Source: Tubulanus polymorphus
Taxonomy: Eukaryota; Animalia; Nemertea
Length of the DNA stretch: 64,000 nt
NCBI RefSeq assembly: GCF_964204645.1
Contig: NC_134026.1
Location: 27,996,150-28,060,149 of the forward strand
Direction: 5' to 3'
Shown: one piece after another, positions 35,028-45,400 of the stretch
How positions within the stretch are numbered: the first letter of the stretch is position 1
How the letters are laid out: the number at the start of each line of letters is the position of its first letter
The notes under the pieces: generated by a model
Seen by the model: the letters and a program-made list of their open reading frames with translations, nothing else
Told to the model about the DNA's origin: nothing
Databases searched by the model: none
Made by a program: the position numbers and the translations under genes

Positions 35028-38000
35028 TCAAACTTCATTCAAGAAATTGAATTTGATTTCATCTTTTGCTTTTATCAACAGATCACGCAGGGCATCAAAT
35101 GTTTTCATGAACTGCTCAAATGATTCTGGCTTCTTTATCAAGTCTTCCCAAGTTGTCTGTGTAAAAGGTTTGCTGTTAGTCAGCCACTTCGACATTTTGT
35201 CCGAATAATTGTCATGTTCCGAATCATCTGTTGATTTGCAAGCTTCTAGGAGATTGATGAAAGCATCGTGCATCCATTTAACATAAATACCACCAGTGTC
35301 TGAAATATCAACAATATGTATGGTACTAAAATCAGCACTATTCTAGATTTCACGAGGGTTTCTTATTGAATACTCACCAATCCTTTCTAGACTTTTTTCT
35401 AAGTATGTCAGAGCTTCTAACGGTCTTTGTGTTCGCAAGTAAAATCTCCCAATCACAGCATAAGCTTGTTTATGATAACAACTTGAACTATTCAAGCAGA
35501 TTTTAAACCTTTCCAATACATCTAGGTATTCATTTTCTGCTTCTTCAGTCCTAGAAATTCATTAAAGTATTTGGCTACTGTACAATGAAAATAAAAGTCA
35601 AAGAAATTCAAAGTTTACGTGCATTAAGATATCTAATAAATGACAAACCTTCCAGTTAAGAATAAAACATCAGCAAGTTTTAAACTCGACATTCCACTCC
35701 TCCAACTAATATCACCATATTTGGAGACACAAGTATTCATGCTTGTTTTTGCTTCGGTTTCTGCGATAACTACAGCAGTTTTCCAATCATTCGAGTTCAT
35801 CTCACTTCTTCTAGCTTTGATAATCATGCAAGACACTGCAAATTAGATTGATTCAAATAATCCATATTGTGAAATATTGAAGAATTTTGTTTTATATACA
35901 TGTAGTACTACTGTACCTACCTAAATTTTCCTGAAAAGTTGCCAATGAAGGATGCATACTTCCGAGGCAATTACCAGCTATTTGATAAGCAGTATTTGCG
36001 TGTTGCAGATATGCGTCTTTATCAAATGATTCTGCGACTTGAAGAGCAGTGGACACAGCTAAATGTGTATGAGCAAGCACAACTGATTCGACAGTGGTAG
36101 CCACTGGATTTTCCTGAAGTAAACATAAAAAGGTTGTTTTACTGGTAGAGAGGCCTACCGGTATGTACATAAGAAACTCTTGTGTTACTAAATAACTTAC
36201 TGAATTATCTATTACACCATAAATCTTCTTTGCCAAATTCAATGTCATCTGTAAATGAATACGACTAATTAATACGATAACAGTAATACAGGTGATAGAA
36301 AGGTGGAGATATACATGTATAATTATTTTTACCTTGGCAATGTTGATTCCTTCTTCATCCATGATGAATGCATTTGAAAAGTCAATATAATTCAGCAATG
36401 ACTTTACAAATACCGGATGATTCATACCAAATATTTCACTACAAAAATACAATATTCCTAAGTTCTATATCCAATCTAAAATGACACATCTAAAATTTGT
36501 TGTCAAACTCACCAGGCCTGTTGAACAGCGTGTTTGGCCAACATGCCTGCTTTTTGGATCTGCAGCCTGTGAATATATGCTTGAGTGGCAATGCATAAAA
36601 CATCAATGAATTGGTTTTCATTTACAGTTTTAACATTCTGAAAAACAATAAACCTTCATTAACAAAACTGCTCAGACATTATTCTTTATAAAAATCAAAT
36701 ATCAGTAATTAATGCAATAACACAGACCTTCAGTGCTTTATGTGCCCAATCAAGTCCAGATATGTGGTTCCCATATTTCTGTTGTAAGTAACTCAACTCT
36801 AAATAGTATCCGGTTTTATCAAGGATATCCTGTCCGAATGACATCAACTCAATAACATGACCAACTTGAAGCGCTATGTTTAATGCACTATGGGCTGATT
36901 TGTATTCATGGTTTATGTTTCTGACATGCGCAAGTTTCACGGATGCTTCATATGTGGAAGTTAATGTTTCTAAACACTGATAACTGGCTAGGTATCTCAG
37001 CACAGTTGCCATTACTATTTCAGCTTCGTTATGGCTACCATATTCTTGTAACAGATCGAAGAACTTGAAACCCAGTTTAACAATCAAATCTCGATTTTCA
37101 GGGATTTTTGCCGATCCCACTGTAGTTGCAAAGTTACAGAATGATGTTGTCAAACACTTGATTGGTTCCACCAAATAGAGCAGTTTCATTTGGTTCAGAT
37201 ACTTGATCAATAAAAAGTAATTTTTCACATCAGACAAAAGTTCTTGAACTGCCTCAGCCATACAAAATACAAAACCATCCGGTAATTTACCAGAACTGTA
37301 GGCTACGAAAGTGACTTCAAAATTTTGGATATGTAATAGAGCTAACTTTTCATCAGAAAGTTGTTTTAAGTCAGCTGCATTTTTACTATTCTTCAATCTC
37401 TGAAAATGTTCTTCTGGATGATGGATACTGGATTTAAGTGGTTCATCAATCCAGAAATCGACCATTCCTCTAACATGAACACTTCTGTTAGTGTCTGTTT
37501 CTCCCTCATTATTCGTGATGTCATCATTATTTTTCTGTTCTTCATTTTCTTCATCAATTTTAAGCTTTGCTTGAATGTCAGGAAGTGGATCGTATCTCGG
37601 ATACTGAAGATTAGGAGAGGTCAGATATAGTGTACTTGGACTGTAGGCGAGCTCACCAGGTCTCCTTATGATGGTATTATCCAAGAAACCAAGCAAGGCG
37701 TTATACTTTAGGCGGATATGTGGCTCAACTGAACAAGTACTGAGGGCACTGTAAAAATGTTTATACCATGTTGAGCTATGTGATCGACATGCTAGAAGAT
37801 CAATCAACCATCGGACTTTTTCTTGACGAGTTTCACCAGATAATATCAGTTCAACCTCCTTTTCTTTCAACACTTGGCGACTCTTCAAATAATCTAGTAC
37901 ATCCTCAACTCGAAGCACTTGTAATATGGAAACTCTGTTGACTTTAACTCGCATAACATTCTGAGTATTTATACTGTTAAGATCTTCTGGTTTTGGTATT

Positions 38001-38150
38001 TTGAAACTGAAATTAGAAAGAGTAGGCCTAATAATTCTACTATTAAGTCATTAGATTAAAATGGTCCTGATGCTAGCCTTGAAAAAGAAAGAAAACATAC
38101 TTTCTGTGTCTTTTATCACGAGGCTCTGATCGGGTACAAGTAGACGTCAT
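35028..38150 (-). CDS. CARD-domain + APPBP2 (PAT1)-like TPR protein
   Basis: Exon 1 38150-38101 (MTSTCTRS...), large exon 38006-36728, then short exons to the stop at 35028. N-terminal CARD-like helices (VNRVSILQVLRVEDVLDYLKSRQVLKEKEVELILSGETRQEKVRWLIDLL). The remainder resembles APPBP2 as recalled (LAHVRNIN vs LLHVRNGN; AKHAVQQACEIFGMNHP vs IKHAVYLARDHFGSKHP). Confidence 0.8.
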
Positions 38151-38272
38151 ATCTAAATCTAGTTTCTCTGATTTATGAAATTCATTCCTTGAAAAATGAC
38201 GATGAAAAATGATTTACATTTTTTCTCGGTGCAAGTTTGTTGACATTAACGACACACGATTGTCAAAATTCA

Positions 38273-38284
38273 GGTTCGAATCCC
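38273..38284 (+). promoter_or_regulatory. Isolated B-box in the divergent CARD-TPR/CLPP promoter
   Basis: GGTTCGAATCCC, 123 nt from the ATG at 38150. A second perfect copy lies at 38749-38760 in CLPP intron 1. Confidence 0.5.
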
Positions 38285-38605
38285 AGATACAAATTCATTT
38301 TTTTAAACTTCAGTTTCATACTCTGTACATCATTTAATATATTGATATTGAAATTTATTTCTAGTGAAAGAACAAATAAATCCCAGACAATCCATAAATG
38401 AAAAGGCCTGTATTCATTAAAACGTTCGAGTAATCTACAGGATTCGAGCTTGAATATTTGCCGGTTCATTGCGTAAATGAATCAAGTAACATTCTCTACA
38501 TTATAACGTCGTTCTGCGCTTATCGATCACCTTGTATATAATCCGCTCTATTATTGAAGGATTCTTATTTTTGCCAATAATTACTAAAAACATAACACAG
38601 AAACG

Positions 38606-39854
38606 ATGAGTATTGGTTCTGGTATATTGCGGGTATGATATTTTCTTTTCTTCGTGCGTTAAAAAGAGCGTGAACCCTAACTCCTAGTAAGGCCGATGGT
38701 CAATGTTGCTTGAAAAAGCTGATATTGTATAACTTTTGTGTACATATAGGTTCGAATCCCGCATTTCGACTAGTTTTCTCATGAAAATGTACTGGAAATA
38801 TTTTTGCTCCTTTTTTAAAGAGTACTGCGAAGGTTTTATTTTCAAAACTGCCTCAGCAGATCAACAGAACTACTCAACAACTCGGACTTCATAGTTCAGC
38901 TAAGCGATGTATGCCAATGGTACCTATAGTCATCGAACAGACAGGCCGCGGTGAACGTGCTTATGATATATATTCTAGATTACTCAAAGAACGAATCATT
39001 TGTTTAATGGGTCCTGTGAGTTAATTACACATTGTTTTATAAACGTAGTTTCAAATGGCTGAACCCATATTTTGATAATTGAGTACTTTTGTAATTTCAG
39101 ATAAATGATGATATATCTAGTTTGGTAGTTGCGCAACTGCTGTTTCTTCAGTCAGAGAGCATGAAGAAACCAATTCATATGTACATAAACAGTCCAGGTA
39201 GATAAAACAAATTAAGCTTACACCGCACGGCAGGGAATCCGCAATATAGCATTCTCTATTGGATATTTATTACAGGTGGTTCAGTGACAGCCGGACTCGC
39301 TATTTATGACACGATGCAGTATATTTTACCACCTATTGAAACTTGGTGCGTAGGACAGGCATGTAGTATGGCATCACTGCTTTTGGCCTCTGGTAGTCCG
39401 GGAATGCGTCACTCTTTACCCAATGCAAGAATCATGGTTCATCAACCATCAGGCCAAGCTGCTGTATGTATTCACCCAATATCGCCCGGTTTGGAAAAGA
39501 ATTTTCAACATCCATTATAGCTGTATTTTTCAACATCGTAGGGTCAAGCAACAGACATTCAAATTCAAGCGGAAGAGATTTTAAAATTGAAGAAACAAAT
39601 CAATGAAATCTATGTCAAACATACAAGTCAACCAATACAGACTATAGGTAATATTACCCAGTGGTTGAAAGAGTTCATTTTAAAGCAAATTGCGTTGTTA
39701 CAATGTTATTTTGTTTGTTGCAGAATCAAGTATGGAAAGGGATAAATTCATGAATCCGATTGAAGCCAAAGAATTTGGGCTTATCGATAAAGTACTTGAG
39801 CATCCACCATCTCCTGGTCGTCAAGAAGAAAATAATGACAAGAACAAATCTTAG
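38606..39854 (+). CDS. CLPP: Mitochondrial ATP-dependent Clp protease proteolytic subunit
   Basis: Exons approximately 38606-38632, 38821-39015, 39101-39197, 39276-39463, 39542-39647, 39724-39854. Transit peptide, then [46 protein letters not shown] (catalytic Ser), RIMVHQP (His), MERDKFM (Asp). Confidence 0.96.
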
Positions 39855-39972
39855 TAAATAAATGTACATATTAAATAGATTATTGTTTATTGATGTTTTT
39901 ATCTTCGTGGCATATGTCAGGAAATTCCATATCTCAATTTTACATTATGGCTTACCGGGAAAACAAATATCA

Positions 39973-41565
39973 TTAACATGTATCATTCTCTACAATTTTT
40001 ACTGTCATACAAACACGTTCAGCTAAATGATCCTCATATAATTGTTTCCTAGAAAACCCTTTATTACAATTTTGACACTTAAACCTCTGAATCTCACAGT
40101 GAACAGTATCCATATGCATTTTACAGTTTTCTTTACTTTTGAACATTTTGGTACAGATATCACACGTAAATGGGCGTAGGTTTGTATGCGTGCGTTCATG
40201 TATCTGAAGATGGTAATTACGATTGAAACACTTTCCACATGTTTTACAAGCAAACGATTTGATTTTATCATGTACTGATTCGACATGATGTTTTAAAGTC
40301 GTTTTACCTTTGAACGATTTATTACATCGTGTACATGGGTAAACTCGTGGAAAGTATGTTTTTTGATCAGGATTGCCTTCATTGTGGACGCTTTCGATAT
40401 GCTCGGATAACCACAGTTTCAAAGAAAATCGCCGTTGACATATTTCACAATGAAATTGGTACTTTTTCATGTGAACAGAATTCATATGTCTTGCCAAATT
40501 CGTTTTCAATTTGAAATGTTTCCCGCATTCTAGGCAACAGTGCTTCGATTCTCCATGAGTTCGTTTCATATGAGTTTTCAGATCATAAACAGACTTCCCA
40601 CAAACACTACACAAAGTTCTATCAACTCTATTGTTATTATTTTTCACATGAGAAACAGATTCATCTACAACACTGAGTATTCTAATATTGTTTAGATTTT
40701 GTAAAGTTTGGTTATTGTGCTCATTTTGATCGGACTGTTCAGTTGACATACCGGTAAGGCTGGAGGAGGAATTTGAATTTTTCTTAACAAATTTATCCGT
40801 TAGAGTCGATAAAGTGGATCGATTTATTGTACATTCACCAACATTTAGACCGAGATTATTTTTAGAGAATTCCTCAGCATTTTGAAGTGATTGTTCTTCA
40901 TTGGACTGAGTATTTGCGGATGGTAGTACTTCAGAAAGTCTAGTTCCAAAACCAGTGCATTTGGATTGCATTGCTATCAGATCTTTAGCTAATAATGTAG
41001 TTTGGACGCCACATTCTCCAACAATACTCCGTGTGCCATTAACAATTGATAGGTTGTGAACTATCTGGCAAGATTTCAAGTGTTCTAAGTTTGCCTTGGA
41101 CATGCCACTGATTGGAAAAGATTTGATACAAGCTGAAGGAGGACTCGTATCATAGCTGTTGTCAGTTTGTGTACAGTTATCCATGAAATTCAGTTCAGAT
41201 AACAGAGATAATTCAGGGGTTTGAATAGCTGGTATAGCACAGCAACCAGTCCCACCATCCTCCTCATGATCAATCGTCAACACGTCTTTACCTTTTACAA
41301 TAATTGAACAATATTCAGTCTCTCTACTGACCGATATACTTAAGTCACCACATTCGATAGACAGACGGTTGTTGACTTTCAACGTTGAAAAGATTTTCAG
41401 AAGTTGAAATTCCATGCGCAATATAAGCTTATTAGCAGGATTCGGAGGAGGTGATTCACAAATGTTTTTAAGTAATGGTGCACCAACAAGAAGAGGATCC
41501 CATGGCATCTGTTCATCATTTGTGGTCATCGTGATAGTTGAGAGGATGTACGTACTAATTACCAT
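39973..41565 (-). CDS. C2H2 zinc-finger protein (about 7 C-terminal fingers)
   Basis: Single 530-aa ORF with tandem CxxC...HxxxxH/HxxxH fingers and a linker HTNLRPF. 5'UTR intron (gtaggt at about 41686, acceptor just before the ATG). Confidence 0.88.
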   Translation of the reverse strand: MVISTYILSTITMTTNDEQMPWDPLLVGAPLLKNICESPPPNPANKLILRMEFQLLKIFSTLKVNNRLSIECGDLSISVSRETEYCSIIVKGKDVLTIDHEEDGGTGCCAIPAIQTPELSLLSELNFMDNCTQTDNSYDTSPPSACIKSFPISGMSKANLEHLKSCQIVHNLSIVNGTRSIVGECGVQTTLLAKDLIAMQSKCTGFGTRLSEVLPSANTQSNEEQSLQNAEEFSKNNLGLNVGECTINRSTLSTLTDKFVKKNSNSSSSLTGMSTEQSDQNEHNNQTLQNLNNIRILSVVDESVSHVKNNNNRVDRTLCSVCGKSVYDLKTHMKRTHGESKHCCLECGKHFKLKTNLARHMNSVHMKKYQFHCEICQRRFSLKLWLSEHIESVHNEGNPDQKTYFPRVYPCTRCNKSFKGKTTLKHHVESVHDKIKSFACKTCGKCFNRNYHLQIHERTHTNLRPFTCDICTKMFKSKENCKMHMDTVHCEIQRFKCQNCNKGFSRKQLYEDHLAERVCMTVKIVENDTC

Positions 41566-41927
41566 TTAACTACAATAGATGAGATACCGGTTTAGTAGGT
41601 ACTATATAAAACAGTTTAAAAAAAAATCTAAAATACAAGTATTCTGTCGTAAACGAACTGTCAGCGTGAGATTAATCGAAACCTACCAAAGGAAATACTG
41701 GGTTTTCCCAAAAAAGCTTGCACTTCAAATTGTTCAAAACTAATTCATGAAATGTCGGCATATGTTTTTCATAATTTCATACATTTTACTCCTCATCATT
41801 ATTTATAAAAACAAAAAAGAAGATTTACGCAAAATCTGTCTAAGTGTTGAGATATAAAAGATGATCTAAAAATGATCATTCATTGTAAATGTTTCATCAT
41901 CGATTCAGTACTGAGTGATTGATTGAA

Positions 41928-41978
41928 GGTCATGTGACCAGCAACGGGAATAGTTTAAAGATGGCGGACGATGAGTAA
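41928..41978 (+). promoter_or_regulatory. ZnF/AGBL5 divergent promoter: E-box/M-box and YY1/TISU-like element
   Basis: Near-palindromic GGTCATGTGACC at 41928-41939 and AAGATGGCGG at 41958-41967. Confidence 0.5.
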
Positions 41979-42486
41979 ATTGTAAAACTGGCTAATTGAA
42001 AAAGTAAATTTCTCGTAGTTTTAGCCTCGTCGGATATTGATCATCATAATGCACACCAGAAACTGCAATATAAAGCCCAGAGTGTTTCCACATAACATTT
42101 TTTTTTAGTCAGATATGATTTTATTTCCGTTTGCGAATATAAGAATGATGTCGATGTTTTCTTTCGTATAGAAAGTCAATTCAATTCATTCTATATTATC
42201 ATCACTCAAGCCTATGCCCTACTGCTTAATTTAATTCATTCATAAATTTGCCCCTCTCAAGACTTACATGACAGACAGTGTCTTTGTGACTCAGTCCCAC
42301 ATTAAGTACATTGTCATTGCTCAGTATTTCTTGCTAGTTACCTGGGTAGTGTGTGCTTTTATAATCGGACGGGCTTACCAAACGTGAAAATATCCCATCA
42401 TCGTGAAACTAAACCACAGACAGGTTACTGACTATATTTTTCCATGCTCACTGAAATCACATTTTTCAATTTCAGAAACAAAGAAG

Positions 42487-45400
42487 ATGGAATTCCGATC
42501 AGGTGGACTGCTCTTCACTTCAAAATTTGATTCCGGTAATTTGGCTAAGGTTGAAAAAGTGGCCAAAGATGAAGATGATGATTTAGGTAAGATGTGATGA
42601 ATGGCATTTTAGATTACTCTCTCGTATAAAAGATATTCAATTTCTCAAAGCACTTCCACAATTATATCAATGTTGCAGGAAGCTATGGTGGATGTGAACC
42701 TAAACCTGACTATGAATACAATGTGTGGACAAAACCAGATTGTGCTGGAACTCAATATGAGAATGGCAATCGGTAAGATAATTCATAGGCTACTGTAATA
42801 AAGAACAATTTCAAGATATCAATGATATCCTTTCGATGCCAGGTCATGGTTCTATTTTGGTATACGTGGAGGTAATCCGGGACGTTTGTTGAAAATCAAC
42901 ATCATGAACATGAATAAACAAGGAAAACTTTACAGTCAAGGACACGCACCACTTGTAAAAACCGTCCCCGGAAAACCAAAATGGGAACGAATTCGAGACC
43001 GTCCTACTTATGAGGTGAAGAAAAAATTAACAATTTGTGAATACAGAAAATTTTCTCAAATTTCAAACGATCATTATTTTCATTTACACATTTTATGACA
43101 ATTATCTCATGCAGGTTGTCGATAATAACTTCATTCTTACGTTCACTCATCGATTTGCTGATTTCAAGAATGCGACGACTTATTTCACATTTTGTTACCC
43201 ATGGTCATATACGGAATGTCAGGATCAACTCGCCGCTCTAGACTTGAAATTCAAGCACCTCGCTAAAACTCACAACCCACCATTGTAAGTTCTGTCATAC
43301 ATTACACCATCAACAAACACGCCCATTTCTTTGATGACGTTTGACATTGATTGAGTAGACATAGAGTCAAACTCAGTTTAAGTCTTCCTTAGATAAGTTC
43401 TCACTTACTTAGTCAGGTTTCTACAGATTTGGAAATTTTCTTCTGGTGCTCTCCTTTCGACCAGAATGTGCTCTTGGAATAGCAGATATCCACATAGAAG
43501 ACTGGGGCTGGTTGTTCAAAAGTTGATAAGAGTTAACTGGTGTACAAATACAATGGTGACAATGCAATATCAATTGTCACATGGCATTTATCCACTGGTT
43601 CTAACCAACTTTTGAGCAACTTACCCCTGGTAGAGAGGTTTTAATCCAGAATAGCTATTCCTAAATCAGAATAGGGTACGACTACATTCAATCAAAACCT
43701 GCCTTGAAGTCACCCCTATTTTTTAGTCCCAATTTATATTATTCCAATTCAAATGTCAATTGGACAACTCCTCAATATCGATAACTTAACTGAGGTTGAC
43801 TGAGTAGATTTTTTACGTCGACGTTTGATTTGTATGATTAAAACTACTGCCAGTCAAAATGAATCTGTAGATCTTTATTTTAGACAAATGAAAGCATAAT
43901 TTAACTGCTTTATTATTTCACTGTGTATGGATGAATTTGTTTTTTTATTGCAGGTCTACTCAGTCAGTTTATTACCACCGTGAACTACTGTGCTATTCGC
44001 TACAGAAATTACGCGTAGATCTGATAACAATTTCCGATCACAATGCTATAAGTGAGGAAGAAGAACCACGTTTCGATGACAAACTGTTTCCAGATACCCG
44101 ATCTCCAAGATGCAAGAAATTTGACAGTAAAAGAGTAAATATAGTACAGTGAACCTCGGTTAATCCGTCCTTGGTTACTTATTACATCAGTAAACCATGC
44201 TCCGATTTATACACCGCCCTGCTGTGCATACAAAATTGGTCCCATTCATTGAATATGAAGTGATTGAGGATTTTGTTTTTGTTTGTTGTAGGTTTATGTG
44301 TTAACTAGTCGAGTACACCCCGGTGAATCACCTGCAAGTCATGTGTTCAATGGATTCCTTGAGTTCATTCTACGTGAAAACGACCCACGAGCAATGAAGC
44401 TACGCAAGCAATACGTGTTTAAAATGATACCACTTTTGAACCCGGACGGAGTTATGCTCGGACATTACAGAACGGATACTCGTGGCGTTAATTTAAATCG
44501 AATGTATCTCGATCCCGATTTTTCACTTCATCCATCGATATACGGTGCTAAAAGTTTACTCGTTTATCACCACGTTCATAACAAAGTGGTTATCAAACCA
44601 AAAGAGGAACCCATCAGTCAGGACGCGGATAAACTGACAGTAAATGATACTCCGAATAGTGAAAGTGATCCACTTGTTGAACAAGGTGATGAAAATTGGA
44701 ATTTGTCTCATGAAAATGGAGCTGAATTAGCGGCGCATAGAAATCGGACATTCAATGTTGTTTATGGGGAGAAATCTGCAGTCTCGGAGAAAGTTTCTGA
44801 TCCAACCTTGAGTACATCGCAGTCGGAACATTTTCATTCTGATGTCCTGTTGAAACCTCTCGAATTTGTACCGGTTATTAGGGAAACCTCTAGTGAAATG
44901 AATGCCACCGCCAACAAACAAGAAACATCCGTTCAACATTTAACTGCTGACTTTGAGCAGTTAGGAAAAGGAGAGTTAGGCTTAAATGTGAATGTGGCGA
45001 CCACAGACAGATGTTCTGAACCGATGATTAAGGATAGTTTAATCGATGATGAAACAGAACATTTAGGAAATGAAGGATCTGAAGGTGAAGATGATGAACG
45101 TGATAGTGCAGTTTCTTCATCCGGAACAGCGAAGTCCCCGCATCTTTCTGATCCGAAATTATTAGAAATTGCGCCACATGAAAGTGGAATAGCTTTCTAC
45201 GTTGACTTGCACGGTCACGCATCTAAACGAGGTTGTTTCATTTATGGCAATAATTTGGAGGATGAAGAGAAAATGGTACGCATTCACTGATTGATATTTT
45301 CGATACAGTTATATGCTTATCATATAAAACTTTTGAATATCGATTATCTTTTAGATTGATTGTATGCTGTATCCGAAGCTAGCTGCTTTGAACACGGCTC

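Noticed and set aside
36114-36332. Two consecutive in-frame stop-free introns (87 and 84 nt); similar cases in AGBL5 and the Munc13-like gene
   Set aside because: Expected occasionally by chance given many short introns. Splice sites are canonical and there is no evidence of retention.
38690-38775. Possible tRNA genes around the GGTTCGAATCCC motifs (also 11233, 33012, 38273)
   Set aside because: No A-box at the proper spacing and no acceptor, D or anticodon stems can be folded.
26001-42476. Splice acceptors just upstream of ATGs (CTL1, CTU1, ZnF, AGBL5) suggesting SL trans-splicing or operons
   Set aside because: Each has a plausible upstream cis donor, and the genes alternate strands.
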